Shown here: piece by piece, positions 26,079 to 36,702 of the stretch
Position numbering within the stretch: position 1 is the stretch's first letter
How the letters are laid out: each line of letters opens with the position of its first letter
Assembly: GCA_044360615.1 (NCBI GenBank)
Contig: JBIKKC010000001.1
Span: 1 to 57,673 of the forward strand
Direction of reading: 5' to 3'
From: Bacteroidia bacterium
GTDB taxonomy: Bacteria; Bacteroidota; Bacteroidia; UKL13-3
Length of the DNA: 57,673 bases
Position numbers and translations under genes: made by a program
The notes under the pieces: generated by a model
What the model saw: only the letters and a program-made list of their open reading frames with translations
Told to the model about the DNA's origin: nothing
The model's database searches: none

Positions 26079-27386
26079 CTATCGAACTCTTAACCAAGGC
26101 AATGGATTTTGAAACAACCTTTGCTTCCAAATCTCAAAATGTAACCGCCCCTCACCTGTTTCTGGATAAACAGCTAAGGTTCCAATTTCTTGACCCAACA
26201 ATACCTCTTGCCCAATTTTTACCTTAATAGTTTCTAATCTTGCGTAAACTGTGTAATATTCCCCATGGTTTACCAATACAACTTTATCCAATCCTGGGAT
26301 AGGAAATACCGCTTTTACCGTTCCTTTAAAAACTGCTTGAACACTAGAGCCAGCTTTAGCTGCTATATCAATACCATTATTTGTGGTAACAATACCTTTC
26401 AAAGTAGGATGAGCATGATCGCCAAAACCTTCAACCATTTTGCCCGCAACAGGCCAAGGCAACTTCCCTTTACTAAGTGCAAAATCATTACCCAACTTCA
26501 GGTCGGAACTACTTAAATAACTTGTAGAAGTTTTAGGTGCCGCTGGTTGATTTGCCTTCTTTGCCTTCTCAATTCTAACCACTTCGGCTTTTCTAGCCAA
26601 ATCAATTTCTTTGGCAATTTGCATTTCAATCTCATGACTCAATTTTCGCGCAGCTTTTTCTTGTCTATCAATTTTTTGTTGTAACTCACTTTGCTTGCCT
26701 TGCAATTGAGCTAAAAGCTTACCCTCCTCCTCCTTGTCTTTTTGTAAAGCCTGTTTTTCTATTTCTTTGGCCTGAATTAAATTAGATTTTTCTTGTTTTA
26801 TCTTGAGCATTGCCTCAATGCTAGCTATCATTTCCTTTTGGGTATTTAAGATAAGCGTGGCTTGTTTCTGTCTATAATTACCATAGGCAATTAGATACTG
26901 CATCCGCCTAAATGCTTGATTCAAACTCTTTGATTCGAAGAGGAAAAAAAGCAAACTACTCGCATTTTGCCTGCGTTTGTAAACAGCAACTAAGTAATCA
27001 GCATAATCTTTTTTAAGCTTTTCAATATCAACCTTTAATCGGTCAATGTTGGCGCGTTGATTGTTAATCTCAATGGCAATTTCTAAGGCTTGTTGACTCA
27101 CATTGGCAATCACTTTTTCGCGATTAGAAATTTGATTGCCTAAAACCTTAAGTTCCTTCTCTTTATTAAATGCTTCGGCTTTAATTTTAATCAGTTCGCT
27201 CTTGTTACGCTTAATGGCAGCCTGCAACTCGCGACGTTTGCCTTCTAATTCTTTTCTCTTTTGTGCAGGTGTTTGTGCAGCATTAAGATTAAAACAAACA
27301 ACGAAAAAAAATAGAATAAATAATTTAGCGGAATACTTCCACCTTGTATGACCTTGGTACGTTGAAGCTTGGATCTTGTTTAACAT
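26079..27386 (-). CDS. EnvC-like murein hydrolase activator (coiled coil plus degenerate LytM/M23 domain)
   Basis: 435 aa. A signal anchor is followed by ~250 aa of Lys/Glu/Gln-rich coiled coil. The C-terminal M23 fold has incomplete zinc ligands (NNGIDIAA, NHGEYYTVYARL, GRLHFEIW). Confidence 0.85.
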   Translation of the reverse strand: MLNKIQASTYQGHTRWKYSAKLFILFFFVVCFNLNAAQTPAQKRKELEGKRRELQAAIKRNKSELIKIKAEAFNKEKELKVLGNQISNREKVIANVSQQALEIAIEINNQRANIDRLKVDIEKLKKDYADYLVAVYKRRQNASSLLFFLFESKSLNQAFRRMQYLIAYGNYRQKQATLILNTQKEMIASIEAMLKIKQEKSNLIQAKEIEKQALQKDKEEEGKLLAQLQGKQSELQQKIDRQEKAARKLSHEIEMQIAKEIDLARKAEVVRIEKAKKANQPAAPKTSTSYLSSSDLKLGNDFALSKGKLPWPVAGKMVEGFGDHAHPTLKGIVTTNNGIDIAAKAGSSVQAVFKGTVKAVFPIPGLDKVVLVNHGEYYTVYARLETIKVKIGQEVLLGQEIGTLAVYPETGEGRLHFEIWKQRLFQNPLPWLRVR

Positions 27387-28116
27387 CGTACGCGAAGTTG
27401 CTTAATGTAAAGCGGCATTCCACTTTTTTTTCTCCCTCAATGTTAATTACTAGGTCTCTTGGAAAGGCATTTTGGGCCACCTGCTCCAAGTTGGCATATT
27501 TTACGGCCATCGAGCGCGTATTCCCTTGTTCAGTTAACCATACAGCCTCCGTTTTATACTGTTTAGAATAAGTGGCTTTTTGATTCATTTTCTCTAAAAC
27601 CAGATTTAAAATCACATTCTGGGTGCTTGAATCAATGGTTGTATTTTCAGGAATTGGATCAAACAAAGCATTACCCCACACCAAATTTTCTAGTTCATTA
27701 AACCCTAAAGGAGCAGAAGTAAACCTTCCTAAGTAATTATAAGAAGCCGAAATATATTTTTTATTAATCAAATCCAGAATTCTTATAGAATCTGGCTTAA
27801 TAAGCACCCTAGCAACATTTACTAAGCCATACGCTTTTACATTAAGCCAAATGTAGTTACCTTTTCTAGCATTGATTTCCATAGCTAAAGAAATGTTTGT
27901 TTTACCTTCTTTATAATCTGCATCTGCCAAATATCTGAGTCCATCACCATTATTTTTTGCAGCACCTATCTCATCAAAAAGCAAAGCTTTGGCAGGTATT
28001 GCCTTGGCATTTTCTATAGTTAAGTCTGCGGGTTGAGCTGCACTTGGCTTCTTTGTTTTACATGCAGAAATAACAATTATCAATGCAATTAAAATCCTTA
28101 AAATAAATCTATTCAT
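27325..28116 (-). CDS. DUF4292-like lipoprotein
   Basis: The Met at 28116 gives MNRFILRILIALIIVISAC (lipobox-like). The protein is ~260 aa. The context, with a TPR gene upstream and an M23 gene downstream, is typical of this Bacteroidota family as I recall it. Confidence 0.7.
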   Translation of the reverse strand: MNRFILRILIALIIVISACKTKKPSAAQPADLTIENAKAIPAKALLFDEIGAAKNNGDGLRYLADADYKEGKTNISLAMEINARKGNYIWLNVKAYGLVNVARVLIKPDSIRILDLINKKYISASYNYLGRFTSAPLGFNELENLVWGNALFDPIPENTTIDSSTQNVILNLVLEKMNQKATYSKQYKTEAVWLTEQGNTRSMAVKYANLEQVAQNAFPRDLVINIEGEKKVECRFTLSNFAYDVKQDPSFNVPRSYKVEVFR

Positions 28117-28121
28117 ACTTC

Positions 28122-29804
28122 TTATGGTAACAAGCCTGTATTTACTTTTTTCTTTAACTCTTCGCTGTCTGAACCTAACTCTAGCGCTTTCTTCCACTGG
28201 TTCATTGCTCTTTCCTTTTCACCCAATCTATAACAAATATCTCCATAATGCTCAACCACCTCTGCACTATTAGGAGAAAGCGACAATGCTCTTTCAATTT
28301 GAATTTTCGCTTCAGCGTAATTGCCTTTCATATATAAAATCCACGCGTAGGTATCTAAATAGGAAGAACTTTCTGGATTTAACTCTAAGGACTTTTTACT
28401 CATATTTTCTGCCTTATCTAAATTATCATTTCTTAGGCTCAAGAAGTAGGCATAATTATTTAAAGCGAGCGCATTTATTGGGTCTAAGGCCAATACGGCT
28501 TCAAAAGAGGAATCGGCAAGGGTATAATTCTCAGCGTAATGCGCAATGGTACCCAAATTGGTTAACATGTTTATTAGACTTTCCTCATCTTCTGAAACAG
28601 CTACACCTTCCCTTGCACTCTTTAAAGCAATAGTAAACTCTTTAAGACTCCTGCAGGCTAAGCTATGATAATAATGGGCATTGGGATACAAGGGAAAATA
28701 TTGCATCATTTTTTCTGCATCCATCTTCATCCAATCAAAGCGCTGCAATTGTTGATCACAAAACACTGATTGCTCCCATGCAATAATGCTGAATGGATCC
28801 ATTTCAGTAGCCTTCTGATACCATTGACGTGCCTCTTCAAAGTTTTGTTTTTGAAGAAACAAATCTCCTTTAAATAGGTATGGTTCGCTGTTAGATGAGT
28901 TGGCATCTACAAACAATTGAATCAATGTTTCGCATCTTTCTAAATGTTGCGGAGCAAAATCTTGGGAAGGAATAATAATGGATAACATTTTAACCTTAAG
29001 GTTAACCTCAATTGGCGATACCATGCCCTTTTTAACCATTTCAAAATAACGCTCTTTATCCCCCTTACTTTTGTAGAAATCTGCCAAAGCAAATAATGCG
29101 TATCCATTATTTGGTTCTTTTCTTAATATTTCTTCATACAAGGCCACAGCTTCCTTATCTTTTCCGGTAGCTATTAGTAAATCGGCCAATAATCCTTTAA
29201 AATTTAAATCCTCGGGGTATGCTTTACAGAGTTTTCTTATTTCTTCAACCGCTTTTTGAGGCTTATTAATAGCCAGATAAATCTCCTCTTTCTGTCTACT
29301 AGTTGCTTCTTTTACACCTTCAATTTTTTCAATCTGATCTATTGTTTTAATGGCAGCGGTATAATTATAACCCATCATTTCATAAGCAGATTTTTGGAAA
29401 AGAAAATGAATATCTTTGGTCTTTTTAAAGCCTTGCTCGCAAACCTTGGCGGCCTCTAAATAGCGCTTCTCTGCTTTTAACCTATCTGCCAAATAATTGA
29501 TATACCAAGCATTAGCGGGATCAAATTTTACTGCGTTTTCTGCTTCTTGTAAGCATTCGTCAAACCGTTTAGTAGCTTCCAAAATACTTGCCAATTGATA
29601 GTGTAAATTGGCAGATTCATAATTAATAGCTAAAGCTAATCTAAACTCGTTTTCGGCATCTACATAGTTATTAATTAGCTTCTCACGCATGCCATTAAAA
29701 AAGTGCTTATCAAACTCTATTCTCTGAGTTTCGGTAAGTACCTTTTGTGCATTCAAACTAACTGCAAGGAGCCAGAAAAATAAATAAGGAAGTATTCTCC
29801 TCAT
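28122..29804 (-). CDS. exported tetratricopeptide-repeat protein
   Basis: The Met at 29804 gives the signal peptide MRRILPYLFFWLLAVSLNAQ. TPR-type repeats run through the rest of the protein. Confidence 0.85.
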   Translation of the reverse strand: MRRILPYLFFWLLAVSLNAQKVLTETQRIEFDKHFFNGMREKLINNYVDAENEFRLALAINYESANLHYQLASILEATKRFDECLQEAENAVKFDPANAWYINYLADRLKAEKRYLEAAKVCEQGFKKTKDIHFLFQKSAYEMMGYNYTAAIKTIDQIEKIEGVKEATSRQKEEIYLAINKPQKAVEEIRKLCKAYPEDLNFKGLLADLLIATGKDKEAVALYEEILRKEPNNGYALFALADFYKSKGDKERYFEMVKKGMVSPIEVNLKVKMLSIIIPSQDFAPQHLERCETLIQLFVDANSSNSEPYLFKGDLFLQKQNFEEARQWYQKATEMDPFSIIAWEQSVFCDQQLQRFDWMKMDAEKMMQYFPLYPNAHYYHSLACRSLKEFTIALKSAREGVAVSEDEESLINMLTNLGTIAHYAENYTLADSSFEAVLALDPINALALNNYAYFLSLRNDNLDKAENMSKKSLELNPESSSYLDTYAWILYMKGNYAEAKIQIERALSLSPNSAEVVEHYGDICYRLGEKERAMNQWKKALELGSDSEELKKKVNTGLLP

Positions 29805-29848
29805 GGTTAGATATAATGTTTTCCTATAACGTTGAAAAGGCAATTTGA

Positions 29849-30859
29849 TTATATGCACGTAGTAAAATCACCAATGCTTAAATCTTTAGCCTCTCCTTTA
29901 TAGACTACATTGCTACCTATCATAGCATTATCAATTACCGCTTCTGTTATTTTGGTATTGCTTTGTATAATGCAATTTCCTACTATAGAATTTTCTATTA
30001 TACAATTGTCTGCAATGGCGGCATGCGGCCCAACTACACTGCGTGTAATTTTCACATTCTTGCCAATATAACTAGGTTGAATAATAATAGCGTCAGTAGT
30101 GCTAACTGAATCATCTACCATTTTATCGCCATTTTGATGCATAAAATGTAAGATTCTAGAATTGGTAAATACCGTAGAATTCTTATTGCCACAATCTAAC
30201 CATTCGGTAACCTTACCAGGTTCAAATTGGGTACCTTTTGCCTTCATATTTTCTAGAGCATTGGTTAATTGGTACTCCCCTTTTTCTTTGATATCGTTAT
30301 CTAACAAATACTGAAGCTCATTGCGCAAGTAAAGGCCATCTTTAAAATAGTAAATACCAATAATTGCTAAGTCAGAAACAAAAGTCTCTGGCTTTTCTAC
30401 AAAATCTGTAATCACATTTTGCGAATTAACTTTTACCACACCAAAAGGCTTTGGGTCATCTACTTTTTGAACCCAAATTATTCCATCTTTTGATCTGTCT
30501 AATGTAAAATCTGCCTTAAATAAAGTATCTGCAAAAACAACCAAAACATTACCATCTAAACTTTCTTTAGCGCACATAATGGCATGAGCCGTGCCCAGGG
30601 GTTCGTGCTGGTAATAAATAGATCCTTTAGCTCCTAGTTTTTCGGCAACGGCTATCAGTTGTTTTTCTACTGCCTCACCAAAACTTGGTCCAATAATATA
30701 CGCAACTTCTTCAATCCCTGTTCCACATACCTTCTCTAAATCTTCTATGATTTTCTGCACAATAGGTTTTCCTGCAACAGGAATAAGTGGTTTTGGCACT
30801 GTTAAAGTGTGGGGGCGCATGCGCTTTCCCATGCCTGCCATTGGAACGATAATTTTCAT
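29849..30859 (-). CDS. sugar-phosphate nucleotidyltransferase with C-terminal hexapeptide-repeat domain
   Basis: MKIIVPMAGMGKRMRPHTLTVPKPLIPV is a nucleotidyltransferase signature. The C-terminal part is I/V-G-x-repeat left-handed helix-like. Confidence 0.85.
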   Translation of the reverse strand: MKIIVPMAGMGKRMRPHTLTVPKPLIPVAGKPIVQKIIEDLEKVCGTGIEEVAYIIGPSFGEAVEKQLIAVAEKLGAKGSIYYQHEPLGTAHAIMCAKESLDGNVLVVFADTLFKADFTLDRSKDGIIWVQKVDDPKPFGVVKVNSQNVITDFVEKPETFVSDLAIIGIYYFKDGLYLRNELQYLLDNDIKEKGEYQLTNALENMKAKGTQFEPGKVTEWLDCGNKNSTVFTNSRILHFMHQNGDKMVDDSVSTTDAIIIQPSYIGKNVKITRSVVGPHAAIADNCIIENSIVGNCIIQSNTKITEAVIDNAMIGSNVVYKGEAKDLSIGDFTTCI

Positions 30860-30936
30860 ACTAAACTTGTGTTTGGTCGCAACCTACTACAAACTGCTAA
30901 AATTTCAAAACTAAGAAACTACGCTAAAGTTAATAA

Positions 30937-31374
30937 CTATTTCCCAGTGCTGCCATAACCGCCGCTGCCTCTGTCACTTTCGGTTAATTTCTCTACCAGT
31001 TCCCAACTTAAAACCTCATGTTTGGCCAGTACCATTTGTGCAATTCTTTCACCGGGTTGAACCAAAAAGGATTCTGCACCTAAATTAATCAACAAAACCT
31101 TTACCTCACCCCTGTAATCGGCATCAATGGTACCGGGCGAATTTAGCACCGTAATGCCGTGCTTTAAAGCCAGGCCACTTCTAGGCCTAATCTGAATTTC
31201 AAAACCAGGCGGAATTTCAACAAAAAGTCCTGTAGATACCAATTTTCTCCCCATTGGTTCAATTATAATTGGTTCTTCTAAATTAGCCATCACATCTAGC
31301 CCAGCGGCATGCAAAGTTTGATAAGCAGGTAAGGGATTAGTTCCTTTATTAATTACTTTTACTTTAAGCTCCAT
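30937..31374 (-). CDS. dut: dUTP diphosphatase
   Basis: 145 aa. Motifs [27 protein letters not shown] and [11 protein letters not shown]. Confidence 0.95.
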   Translation of the reverse strand: MELKVKVINKGTNPLPAYQTLHAAGLDVMANLEEPIIIEPMGRKLVSTGLFVEIPPGFEIQIRPRSGLALKHGITVLNSPGTIDADYRGEVKVLLINLGAESFLVQPGERIAQMVLAKHEVLSWELVEKLTESDRGSGGYGSTGK

Positions 31375-32839
31375 TTTTACTTGCTACTAAATTTTTAAAC
31401 TCCATTTTTAAACCCAAACCTACAAATAAAAACAAAGCAACTAATCTAATTGCAAAGCCTAAAAAGGAGTTTGGTTCAATTTGTAAACTTACATAGGTTA
31501 TAATTATGTAAATCAAAATTGCGGTAAATACATAAAGGCCAATTCTCTTAATATTATAAGGAATAGGATAATACTTTTGGCCCCAATAATATCCTATTAC
31601 CAGCATAGTTAAATAACATATAAAAGTGGTCCATGCGCAACCTTCATAACCTAAAATTGGTATCAAAATTAAGTTTAGTACTATGGTAATACCCGCGCCA
31701 ATAAGCGAAATTAATGCGCCCTTTTTAGTTTGATTCGAAAGCTTATACCAAATAGAAACATTATAATATAATCCCAAGAATATATTAGCCCAAAGTAAAA
31801 TTGGAACTACCTTTAAACCTTCGTGAAAATCTGGACCAATAAAAGACTTAAAGTAATGTAAAAAGGAGCTTATCAAAATAAAAATAAACAAGCAAATCCA
31901 AGCAAAATAATTCATTACTTCTGCATATAAACTGCGTTTATCTGTTTGTTTCGCATGTGCAAAGAAAAAAGGTTCTGCAGCAAATTTATACGCCTGAATA
32001 AACAGGGTAATAATAATAGATAATTTATAATTAGCACTGTAAATACCATTCATCTGCTGTGCTTCTATAGGGTCTGGCCAAACAAAACGTAATAGAGCCC
32101 TATCTAAAGTTTCGTTTACCATACCCGCTAAACCAACCCAAATCATTGGTATGGCATATACCATCATTTGTTGCCAAAGCTCCTTATCAAACACAAAGCT
32201 TATTTGCCTTAATTCGGCAAAAAGCAAAATCAATGTTACTAAACTAGCTATGAGGTTAGCTATAAAAACAACTTCAATGCCGGGGTTAATAATAGCAAAG
32301 GGTGGAATTATTTTATAAACGTTAGAAAACCAAGGACAAAATACCAATAGATAGAGGTTAATGCCAACATTGATAAAAATATTTAAGTTCTTAATAACAG
32401 CAAATCGAAGTGCCTTTTTTTGCTCCCTTAATAATGCAAAGGGAATTGCGGCCAATGCATCTAAAATTAGAATGCCTGCAGCATAGGTCAAATACTCTGG
32501 ATGCAATCCGTATCCAATTTGATTAGAAATAAAATTACCACCCACCAGAACCAAAAGAAAGAAAAAACTTGAAGCACCAAAAATAGAAATGAAGGCTTGG
32601 GCGTATACTTTTCTGCTATTATTTTCTTGAGCAAAACGAAAAAACGCCGTCTCCATTCCATGCGTTAATAGGATATTTAAGAACGAAATATAGGCATAGA
32701 ACTCTGCATTAATGCCATATTCTGCCTGAGTAAAAACCCTTGTGAACAAAGGAACCAGCAAGTAATTTATGAATCTACCCGCAATACTGGATAAGCCATA
32801 AACGGCGGTTTGACCTGCTAGTTTTTTAATGGTGCTCAC
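31364..32839 (-). CDS. MOP/Wzx-type polysaccharide or lipid-linked oligosaccharide flippase
   Basis: GTG start. 491 aa with ~14 TM helices. Its 3' end overlaps the dut start by 11 nt. Confidence 0.8.
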   Translation of the reverse strand: MSTIKKLAGQTAVYGLSSIAGRFINYLLVPLFTRVFTQAEYGINAEFYAYISFLNILLTHGMETAFFRFAQENNSRKVYAQAFISIFGASSFFFLLVLVGGNFISNQIGYGLHPEYLTYAAGILILDALAAIPFALLREQKKALRFAVIKNLNIFINVGINLYLLVFCPWFSNVYKIIPPFAIINPGIEVVFIANLIASLVTLILLFAELRQISFVFDKELWQQMMVYAIPMIWVGLAGMVNETLDRALLRFVWPDPIEAQQMNGIYSANYKLSIIITLFIQAYKFAAEPFFFAHAKQTDKRSLYAEVMNYFAWICLFIFILISSFLHYFKSFIGPDFHEGLKVVPILLWANIFLGLYYNVSIWYKLSNQTKKGALISLIGAGITIVLNLILIPILGYEGCAWTTFICYLTMLVIGYYWGQKYYPIPYNIKRIGLYVFTAILIYIIITYVSLQIEPNSFLGFAIRLVALFLFVGLGLKMEFKNLVASKNGA

Positions 32840-32914
32840 TTTTACAATTTGCCTACAAAGAACGAAAAATCTAACAAAATGATACGTTGCTTATTTACAA
32901 TACCTGCTTTTACC

Positions 32915-32922
32915 TATTTTCG
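32915..32922 (+). promoter_or_regulatory. -7-type promoter box TATTTTCG (TPR gene)
   Basis: TATTTTCG lies 11 nt upstream of the ATG at 32934. Confidence 0.4.
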
Positions 32923-32933
32923 TTAACCACAAT

Positions 32934-34748
32934 ATGAATTGGAAAAAGCTTAATTTATTGTTTTTCTTAGCCGTTTGCCTCTCCCTAAACCTACAAGCTC
33001 AAAAAGCCGATGAAGAACTCGCTGCTCAATATTTAGGGAGTAAGGAATACGAAAAAGCAGCAGATAAGTATGAACGCTTACTCAATGGCAATCCAAAATC
33101 CATGTATTTCTACGATAACTTATTGAAGTCTTATCTAGGTTTAAATGATTTTGGTTCAGCACAAAAATTAGTAAAAAAACAAATTCGAAAATTTGAAGGC
33201 AACTACTATTACCTAGTAGATGAAGGGTATTTACTCAAACTCCAAAACCAAAATGAAAAAGCAAATCAAACTTATCAGAAATTAGTTAATGATTTAAGTC
33301 CAATTGAAGCCAAAGTGTATGAATTAGCAAAGGCTTTTGAAAAACGGAGAGAAGGAGACATGGCCATTGAAACCTATTTACAAGCAAGAAAACAATATAA
33401 AAACGAACTCCTTTTCTCAAGTGAACTTGGGGGTCTTTATCAAGATAAGGGTAAAACAAAAGAGATGATTGATGAATACCTTAATGTCCTTATCCTAGAC
33501 GAAAGCATGCAAGCAGAAGTGCAGGGCCAGTTTCAAAACAGCCTCAGCAATTCTTCAGAATTTGATTTGCTTAAATTAGCGTTAAACAAGAAAAGTAAAC
33601 AATATCCAGAAAAGGCCATTTTTCAAGAAATGTTAATTTGGATGTATGTGCAAAAAGCCGATTATGAAATGGCTGCTTTATACGCTAAAAATTTAGACCG
33701 TAAAAATAAAGAAGATGGACGCAGGCTAATAGAATTAGGATTCTTAGCCAGCAGCAATGAAAATTGGGATGCAGCTATTGCTATCTACAAACAAGTGCAA
33801 TTAATGGGGAAAGAAAAACCCTATTATACCTATGCAAAAAATAGCGAATTGGAGTCGCGCGCTAAAAAACTATTAAGTGGGAATTACTCACAAATAGATT
33901 TACAAATTATAGAACAAGAGTATGTAGCGCTCCTTCAGGAATTCGGATCAAACCCAGCCACAGCAAACACCTTAAGAAATTTGGCACAACTAAGAGCCTT
34001 CTATATGAATAAATACGCAGATGCGGTTATAGATTATGAGAACCTTATCTCAATGCCTAGGGTGGACAGATATTTGCAAGCTCAAGCTAAATTAGAATTA
34101 GGCGATTTATACATCTTGAAGGGTGAAGTTTGGGACGCCATGTTGGTATTTGGCCAAGTAGATAAGGATTTTTTGGAAGAACCAATTGGCCAAGAGGCTA
34201 AATATAGAAATGCTCGCTTGAGTTATTATATGGGCGAATTTGATTGGGCAAAAGCCCAATTAGACGTGCTAAAAACAGCAACTACACAACTGATAGCCAA
34301 TAATGCGCTCGAACTAAGTTTACTTATTCAAGATAACACAATTGACAGCACTGAGCTTGAACCTTTAAAATTATTCGCAAGTGCTGATTTAAACCTTGTG
34401 CAAAACAACTTAGATAAAGCATCACAATTGTTAGATAGCTTAAAATTAAGTTACCCAAAAACCGGACTCAATGACGATATTCTATTCAAGAAGGCAGAAA
34501 TAGCTGTTAAAAGAAAAAACTTTAACGAGGCAGCTAATTTTTTTAAGCAAGTAGTTTCGGAATATGGTTCAGATATTTTAGGTGATAACGCGCTATATAA
34601 ACTGGCCAGGCTACAACAATTTCAGTTAAATCAAAAAGACGCTGCATTATTAAGTTACGAGCAATTTATTTCACAATACCCTGGAAGCTTTTTCTTAATT
34701 GATTGCAGAAAACAATACCGCATACTACGTGGTGACCAATTAAACTAA
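32934..34748 (+). CDS. exported tetratricopeptide-repeat protein
   Basis: Signal peptide MNWKKLNLLFFLAVCLSLNLQAQ, followed by TPR-like helical repeats over 604 aa. Confidence 0.85.
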   Translation: MNWKKLNLLFFLAVCLSLNLQAQKADEELAAQYLGSKEYEKAADKYERLLNGNPKSMYFYDNLLKSYLGLNDFGSAQKLVKKQIRKFEGNYYYLVDEGYLLKLQNQNEKANQTYQKLVNDLSPIEAKVYELAKAFEKRREGDMAIETYLQARKQYKNELLFSSELGGLYQDKGKTKEMIDEYLNVLILDESMQAEVQGQFQNSLSNSSEFDLLKLALNKKSKQYPEKAIFQEMLIWMYVQKADYEMAALYAKNLDRKNKEDGRRLIELGFLASSNENWDAAIAIYKQVQLMGKEKPYYTYAKNSELESRAKKLLSGNYSQIDLQIIEQEYVALLQEFGSNPATANTLRNLAQLRAFYMNKYADAVIDYENLISMPRVDRYLQAQAKLELGDLYILKGEVWDAMLVFGQVDKDFLEEPIGQEAKYRNARLSYYMGEFDWAKAQLDVLKTATTQLIANNALELSLLIQDNTIDSTELEPLKLFASADLNLVQNNLDKASQLLDSLKLSYPKTGLNDDILFKKAEIAVKRKNFNEAANFFKQVVSEYGSDILGDNALYKLARLQQFQLNQKDAALLSYEQFISQYPGSFFLIDCRKQYRILRGDQLN

Positions 34749-34749
34749 T

Positions 34750-35055
34750 ATGATAATATATAATGTAACGATTAACGTTGAGGATGCAATCCATGAAACT
34801 TGGTTAAATTGGATGAAGGAAACACATATTCCCGAAGTTATGGCAACGGGTTGTTTTCTTTCGCATAAAATTTATAAACTCCTTAGCCGCCAAGAAGATG
34901 AAACAGGTTACACTTATGCAATTCAATATTCATGCCCGTCTATATCTGAATATGAGCACTATCAAAAAGATTTTGCACCCGCCTTACAAGCAAAAACCAA
35001 CGCCCTGTTTCAAGGCAAATTTGTAGCTTTTAGAACTATTTTGGAAGAAGCTTGA
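34750..35055 (+). CDS. DUF4286-like protein
   Basis: 101 aa. MIIYNVTINVEDAIHETWLNWMKETHIPEVM matches my recollection of DUF4286. The gap to the upstream TPR gene is 1 nt. Confidence 0.7.
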   Translation: MIIYNVTINVEDAIHETWLNWMKETHIPEVMATGCFLSHKIYKLLSRQEDETGYTYAIQYSCPSISEYEHYQKDFAPALQAKTNALFQGKFVAFRTILEEA

Positions 35056-35160
35056 TAAGCGCTACTTAAATAACAATAACCTCTACTCACACGATATACT
35101 AGTTAAAAAAATCTTTAAATACTCCATTTAAATAGTTTTTAACTCCATTAAAATGCTTTT

Positions 35161-35180
35161 TTTAAAATTTTTTAAAATTT
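35161..35180. repeat. perfect tandem duplication of the 10-mer TTTAAAATTT in an AT-rich spacer
   Basis: 35161-35170 and 35171-35180 are identical. ACTCCATTTAAA (35121-35132) and ACTCCATTAAAA (35142-35153) form a nearby direct repeat. CTCCATT recurs at 35225-35231. Confidence 0.5.
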
Positions 35181-35260
35181 TATTTTAATGATTATCAGTG
35201 CATTATACAATTGCACTCGATTTTCTCCATTCACATAGTTTTTTTTGTCATTCAAATAAA

Positions 35261-35268
35261 TACCTTTG
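35261..35268 (+). promoter_or_regulatory. -7 promoter box TACCTTTG
   Basis: Exact TAnnTTTG, 28 nt upstream of the ATG at 35297. Confidence 0.5.
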
Positions 35269-35296
35269 AATTGTCAATCAGATAGGCCAACAACCA

Positions 35297-35599
35297 ATGG
35301 CCAAAATGAAAAAAAAATTATACCAAATGAAGAAGCTAGATAAAAATTTCAGAAACGTTCCAGGTGTTCATTTCGAAAACATCACCCTAAGCATGAAACT
35401 TAATTACCAAATTAGGAATTACGCTAAAAACTTAATGGATTTTGCCAGATTTAGTTACTTGGCAATTGTGATGGTTTTACTACTCATTGTAGTAGTAGAA
35501 ATAAAAAATATTTATCAAATTGACATTTTCCCCGGAATTGATACACCAATTGACAATGCCTATTTCGCAGGCAAAAATGAATTAGGAAATGTTTTATAG
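35297..35599 (+). CDS. small Lys-rich single-pass membrane protein, unknown function
   Basis: 100 aa. N-terminus MAKMKKKLYQMKKLDK and one TM helix (FSYLAIVMVLLLIVVVEI). A TACCTTTG box lies 28 nt upstream. The 3' end overlaps the next gene by 11 nt. Confidence 0.55.
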   Translation: MAKMKKKLYQMKKLDKNFRNVPGVHFENITLSMKLNYQIRNYAKNLMDFARFSYLAIVMVLLLIVVVEIKNIYQIDIFPGIDTPIDNAYFAGKNELGNVL

Positions 35600-36677
35600 C
35601 CCTATGAAAGAAGCAATAATAATTACAGCTCAACTTGGGCTTGTCTTTTATATTGTAAGTATGGTTTATCTTGTTTTGGTTTATTATGCTAAAAATCTTA
35701 CAAAAAAGCCAACTAGCTCTGTGGTAATGGCTAATACTTATTATGAAAATCATATAACAATAGTATTTAATGATTACATAGATGAAGCGTCTCTCTTGGA
35801 GAAAGTGCAGCAACTTAATCACCAAGGTTACAAAAATTATAGTGCCTGCTTTTTTATTGATTCCCCTATTGTGGAATTAAATAACATGAAGCATATCAAA
35901 ATTATTAGGCCAAACTCCAAAAAGTTAAAGCCATTTAGACTTCTTGAGGAGGTAAAAAGCTATCTAAACGAGGATACACAAGCAATACTTGTTATTAAAA
36001 CCACCTCAACCTTAGATAATAATTTCTTATGGCATATGAACCAAAATCTACTTGAGGGTAAGGAGGTTGTTCAATCACAATTGCTAATTAATGGAATTAA
36101 TTCAATTACAAATAATTACCAAGTTATAGCAAGAAAGTTCTTTAATTTAATAGATAGAGAAGCAATGAAGGCCAGTGGTTTATCTTCTGCTATCTGGAGT
36201 CATGGCTTTATGATGAAAAGTCCAATTTTTGAAGCCATTAATTTCAAAGATCTAGAGGGAAATGATAAGGCTTTGCAAGCAAAGCTAATTAGTAAATCAA
36301 TTAAAATACACTACGAACCGCGTGCTAAAATATTTGAAACGGATTTAGAGGAGGAAGAACTTGTTAAAACTAGAATGGAATGGGTAGCCAGTTATTGGTT
36401 TACTGTAAGTTTAGGCTTTAACTTGCTGCTAGAAGGGGTAAAAAATCCTAATTTAGATAAAATTATTTTCGGGTTCAACTACCTTAGACCACCTGTTTAT
36501 CTTATCTTAATGGCATCGGTAATACTTGCTATTCTCGATATAATTTTTATGCCAGAGCTCATTCTATTTATGGGTGTTGCCATCCTTGGGACTTTGATTA
36601 GCCTCTTTTTAATTTTAAAACCATATAAATTGATTGCCTTATTTGGGCAAAAAAAATTAGCAAATTCAATTAGTTGA
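35589..36677 (+). CDS. GT2-like integral membrane protein with degenerate catalytic motifs
   Basis: 362 aa. It has an N-terminal TM helix, a GT-A-like core (ITIVFNDYIDE, FFIDSP) and three C-terminal TM helices. The DxD position reads ILVIKTTSTLDNNFL and the QxxRW position reads KTRMEW. Confidence 0.6.
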   Translation: MFYSPMKEAIIITAQLGLVFYIVSMVYLVLVYYAKNLTKKPTSSVVMANTYYENHITIVFNDYIDEASLLEKVQQLNHQGYKNYSACFFIDSPIVELNNMKHIKIIRPNSKKLKPFRLLEEVKSYLNEDTQAILVIKTTSTLDNNFLWHMNQNLLEGKEVVQSQLLINGINSITNNYQVIARKFFNLIDREAMKASGLSSAIWSHGFMMKSPIFEAINFKDLEGNDKALQAKLISKSIKIHYEPRAKIFETDLEEEELVKTRMEWVASYWFTVSLGFNLLLEGVKNPNLDKIIFGFNYLRPPVYLILMASVILAILDIIFMPELILFMGVAILGTLISLFLILKPYKLIALFGQKKLANSIS

Positions 36678-36702
36678 ATTGGCTAAAACAGGCGCAGTTT
36701 AG

